Source of the DNA: Eledone cirrhosa
Taxonomy: Eukaryota
Reading direction: 5' to 3'
Assembly (NCBI GenBank): GCA_964016885.1
Contig: OZ024745.1
Location: 70,060,001 to 70,124,000, forward strand
Length of the DNA: 64,000 bases
Shown: positions 59,750-64,000 of the stretch, piece by piece
Numbering within the stretch: position 1 is the stretch's first letter
How the letters are laid out: every line of letters starts with the position of its first letter
Position numbers and translations under genes: made by a program
Notes under the pieces: model-generated
The model's input: the letters and a program-made list of their open reading frames with translations, nothing else
Database searches by the model: none
What the model was told of the DNA's origin: nothing

Positions 59750-62700
59750 TGAGATATGTTTTCTTACAATAATATGACGATCTTATTCATCGAATTATAT
59801 ATTTTCTTTACTAGCAATAGAGAAGGCACTAAACAACTTCATAATTTGTCGAGAGTCAATAACAAAAATGTGAAAAAAGGAATCTGGTGAGACTGTCTAT
59901 GATATCAGAAAAGGACCAGCATACTAGTTGAAAGAATTAATGATATACCCAGCAAGGGAACAAGAAGCGTAAAAAGAGTTTCACGAGACATATTCGAGAA
60001 CAGAATTTAACGTGAAAAGGCATCTTGTAAGAGTGTACCACTACAATGAATGGATAGAGAATTAGTAAGAGGGGGAAGCATACAATTAACTAATTTAGAT
60101 GGGAAACAAGTGAAGTTGTTTCTGCAGAACTCTAGGCATCGAAGTATTTATATGGAAGAGTTTGGTTGTACTAGTGCGTTAGCATCATATTCAAAGACAA
60201 ACATTACTAAATGGAATTTTCTAGATTACTGAAATAACGGAGTTAAGTGTTTTAATAAATGTCTGCACAAGCTTCCGTTATTAAACATTATTTGTATGTG
60301 GTAAGATATTTTGTACATGCAAATTGTTATGATAAAGAAAATTGAATTTTGTTTTCGGAGATTACGCGCTATCATATCATCATATATTAAAAATGAGTGA
60401 TACACAAATATATTACATGCATACATATTGCTGCAGAAAATACACACATAGTTTTATATATATATATATATATATTTATTTATTTATTTATTTATTTATT
60501 TATACATGTATATATATTTATGTATATGTATGTATGTATGTATGTATGTGTGTGTGTGTATGTATGTATGTGTGTGTGTGTGTGTCTGTGTCTGTGAGGG
60601 CGATCCACATTTTATAAATTAACTACGTTGATAATAGCATCCGAAAATTTAAACAAATATTTCATAAATTTTAGACAGTTTATTGGAGGAAAATGCTTTC
60701 CAGAAATCAATATTTTGCTATAGATACAATTTATGATAATATTCTACTTTATATATGATGGATCGCAAATTGAATATCAATGACTATTGATGTTTTTGAT
60801 TGCATTGATTGATTTCTTTCTTAAGTAGTTCCAACGTCTCGTTATATATTTTATTACTGTTCCTCTAACCAATATATTGACCATAGATTTATTACTGTAG
60901 ATATTTGTTAACTTTTAGCATGTACTGATATATCTTCACTGAATCTTTATTCGTTAGAACAAGAGAATTAACTCAACACTCGTTAAAGCAAAACCACGAA
61001 GATGGAGGAGATATATTAAGAATTAAGAATACACGGTTATGTTATTGTGCGACAGGATAATGTGTGTAGAAGCGTTTGATAGAGTAAAGTAATAGCCGCT
61101 AGGTATATTAACTATTAACTGTTAAATAGTTGAATATATCCTTCATAGAGATACACGCATTTAGAGAGAGGGGGAATTATTCTGTCAGCAGTACTTAAAT
61201 AGATTTTGATTGTTATTTATTTATTTACCGTTGATATTTGGAATTACTAAGATGATAATAATTATTCTATTAATTATTTACTTAGTCATAATAATTGTTT
61301 CTACTTTAGGCACAAGGCCAGCAATTATCCAGTGCATTACTGGTACTTTATTTTATCGATCCCGTAAGGATGAAAGGAAAAGTTAACCTCGGCGGGATTT
61401 AAACTCAGAATGGCAAGGACCGTAACTCTATGCTGGAAAGCATGGTGTCCGACCCTCTACCGATACTGCCAACCCACCGCCCTCAAATATTAATAATAAT
61501 AATTGTTTCTGAATTAGGCGCAAGGCCAACAATGTGCGGTTAGGCAAAAGTCGATTAAATTGACCCAAGTGCGTTACTCGTGCTTTTTTTTATCAACCCG
61601 TTAAGGATGAAAGGCGAAGTTAATTCTGAGAGGATTTGAGCTCAAAACATAAAGGTTCTATAGAACTGACAACTATAATGCACAGAAAAGGAGGAGACAT
61701 TTAGAAAAGTGTATTAGAGAAGAGACTGAAAGCTAGAAATAAGTTAATAGGCTTACATACTCTAAATATCGCATGTATGAGCTATATAATATGATTGAAT
61801 TTTGTGGAAACAAGGTACACCCACCACATCATATGCAAACGATATATAATTTACGAATTCTGTGCTCGGGAGGATGAAGTCTCATACAGATAGAAAACTA
61901 ATCAGATAACAGTGAAACAAGAAAATAGTTAGACGAAAGCAAGGTGAAGCTGATTAATAAAGATATGGGTAATAAACATATCGTTTATTTCTCTACAAAG
62001 TTAACGATGAACTACCACCTGGACATTAGCTCCACAAGAAATTAATATAACTAAGAAGACAACAGTAGTGTTTGAAAAAAGATATAAAGCACTAAATCAA
62101 AACATAATTATATAATATACTACCGACCAAAGGAGAAATCCACGATATAGAATGTATCGGCAAAATTAGAAATATAGCCGCCTAGCCAGAATGAAGAATA
62201 TTAATAGCTCAAAATATCTTGTTAAAAAGTACTAATTTAAACAAATGCCTAAGCTTGAATAATTACAAAAAAATAATAATGAAGTGAGAGGGTTTCATCA
62301 GATGCAGCCAGTACAATAAGACAATTAGCTACATGACGTTAAACGCTTAATTTCTTGCTCTTTGCTATATCCACGTACATTTACAGACCTGATTTAAACT
62401 GCAACTGTCTATTAGGCAATAAAACGACGTGAAAAGGAATACAAACCTCTCGATAGATATATCAAATACGGTGCATGTCAATTCTATCCGACGTTCTAAT
62501 ATCTGCCAATTTCACGTCTTCTAATTACTGCCATATATCGGGAAAATGCAGAAAAAAATTATTTGATGCTGACAAATGCATTTTCCATGTCCACGAAGAA
62601 ATAAAATTGAAAGGGGGTATATATCATTTCTTCATTAAATTCACGATCCTTCTCATTTCAAAGTTACAAAATAACATCAATCTAAACCCTATTCATAGTT

Positions 62701-63620
62701 CTCTGAATATCAGTGTGAAAAACTAAACAACTTCTAATCAGATTTTGAAAGCCAATAGGAGATCCTTACTCCACATATGAAGGGAATTCAGAGTGCTACA
62801 AGAACTAAGTAACAACATTGCGCGTAAAAATATATTTAGAGGCAAGCAAAGTGAAACCAGTTTATGTAAAAAGCAATCACAGCAAAGTGAAATCTAGCTA
62901 TACTGAAGAAGAAGAAAAAAAACGATAGACATCTCATACAATAGAACAGGTAAAAAACAATATCAAAATCTATGAAGTGTAATAAATATAGTTTAAAAGA
63001 ACTACACTATGGTCCTGTAAGACTCGACAGACAGAAAGTAATTCAGCGTGAAAGCCAACAATGTCTTCGGACTAAATGAAGAAACTGACGGTTTGATTTT
63101 AGCTGCACGTGATCAGTGTCTATACACAAAACACAAAATAATCTATGAAAGTAATATAACGGAACAAGAATCTAACAAAAAGTACATGCTATGCAGTCCA
63201 TTTTGCAGGAAAATAATAGCCACGTCATTTCTGGCTGCCTATAACTTGCCAAGATAGAATAAATATATATCTACACACACAATCTCATCATCAGTTATAT
63301 CTGTTGGGCAATATACCGACATTTTGGCTGGAAAATTGAGTAGAAGTCAAATATGGTATGACTGGAACATGATGAAAACAACGAAACAAAGCAGAACCGT
63401 ATCAGACTTTTAAATATTAAAAGAAGTCAAACAGGGGGTAGCCTGAATCCTATCATAGACAGTTGAAATTCAAAAATACAACTCCCATAACACATGATGT
63501 ACAATATCTACACGTAATAAAATAAAACAATATTGATACCCGACACTATAACACAATTCCCACCAATCATATCCAGCACAATCGCATTGCCAAAAATATT
63601 ATGCAAGATATGTTGTTGAA
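59750..63620 (+). mobile_element. Fragmented R4/Dong-like non-LTR retrotransposon, interrupted by SINEs and microsatellites
   Basis: LNEETDGLILAARDQCLYTK (ETEG..IAAQDQ.L.T motif) at about 63075, followed by degraded CCHC-region remnants. RGGSIQL-like sequence lies at about 60070. The limits are approximate. Confidence 0.6.
61289..61635 (-). mobile_element. Two adjacent Meta-domain SINEs (full copy 61289-61482, diverged copy 61498-61635)
   Basis: The first copy is near-identical to the 38620-38808 unit. Confidence 0.88.
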
Positions 63621-63659
63621 CATCCATCATTTACGAACATAAGTCTTCCAGTTATTTGA

Positions 63660-64000
63660 ACCAATGAACAGTCTTCTTAAATTGCTGGGCTAAGCATTCC
63701 TCAGACACATGCATTCCTAACATAGTTCTCAGTGAGCTCCAGTGTGACAGTGGGCGAAAATGCTGATCCTCTGCATTGATCAATAGCTTGCCAATTCAGT
63801 TGGACTTCTCATCAAAAGCGTCTTCATGTTTCTTCGACATTAATCTAATAATTTCGACAGTACTATCATCGTATGCTAGCCACCCAGGTGCATTGTGAAA
63901 CTGAATCTTTCAATTTCAGTTATAGATCGAAGAACTTTGTTGTAAATACAGACATTATCAAGTTTGCAGCAACTGGACTTCCTGGTTGTTGGTACTGGTG
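63660..64000 (-). mobile_element. RTE LINE EN-RT linker relic
   Basis: SKKHEDAFDEKSN*IGKLL resembles the RKHQDWFDEND.EI..LL motif. Confidence 0.45.

Overview
This is AT-rich eukaryotic (animal) genomic DNA, mostly intronic or intergenic. Dense (TA)n/(CA)n/(GA)n/(GATA)n microsatellites, Meta-domain tRNA SINEs and RTE LINE relics resemble a cephalopod (Octopus-like) genome; that assignment is inference. Nearly all short ORFs in the track are microsatellite artefacts. Supported content: decayed RTE, R4/Dong-like and Gypsy fragments; several SINEs, including a tandem trimer; one large low-complexity candidate exon (about 15.9-17.3 kb, +); and a Naiad-type Penelope-like element (PLE) at 54.2-57.2 kb with RT, GIY-YIG endonuclease and about 0.94-kb inverted arms. 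Main signals: (1) the PLE has an in-frame TGA at the first Cys of its C-x-C zinc-knuckle motif, a possible selenocysteine; (2) about a dozen sequence-distinct small elements, most of them fold-backs inserted in (TA)n, each carry a type I hammerhead-ribozyme core, and four unrelated families use the compensatory U3-A8 core (UUGAAAA); (3) one family looks like a 426-nt retrozyme-like monomer; (4) a candidate 6-nt microexon lies on the minus strand. All calls were made by eye, with no database search or folding run.
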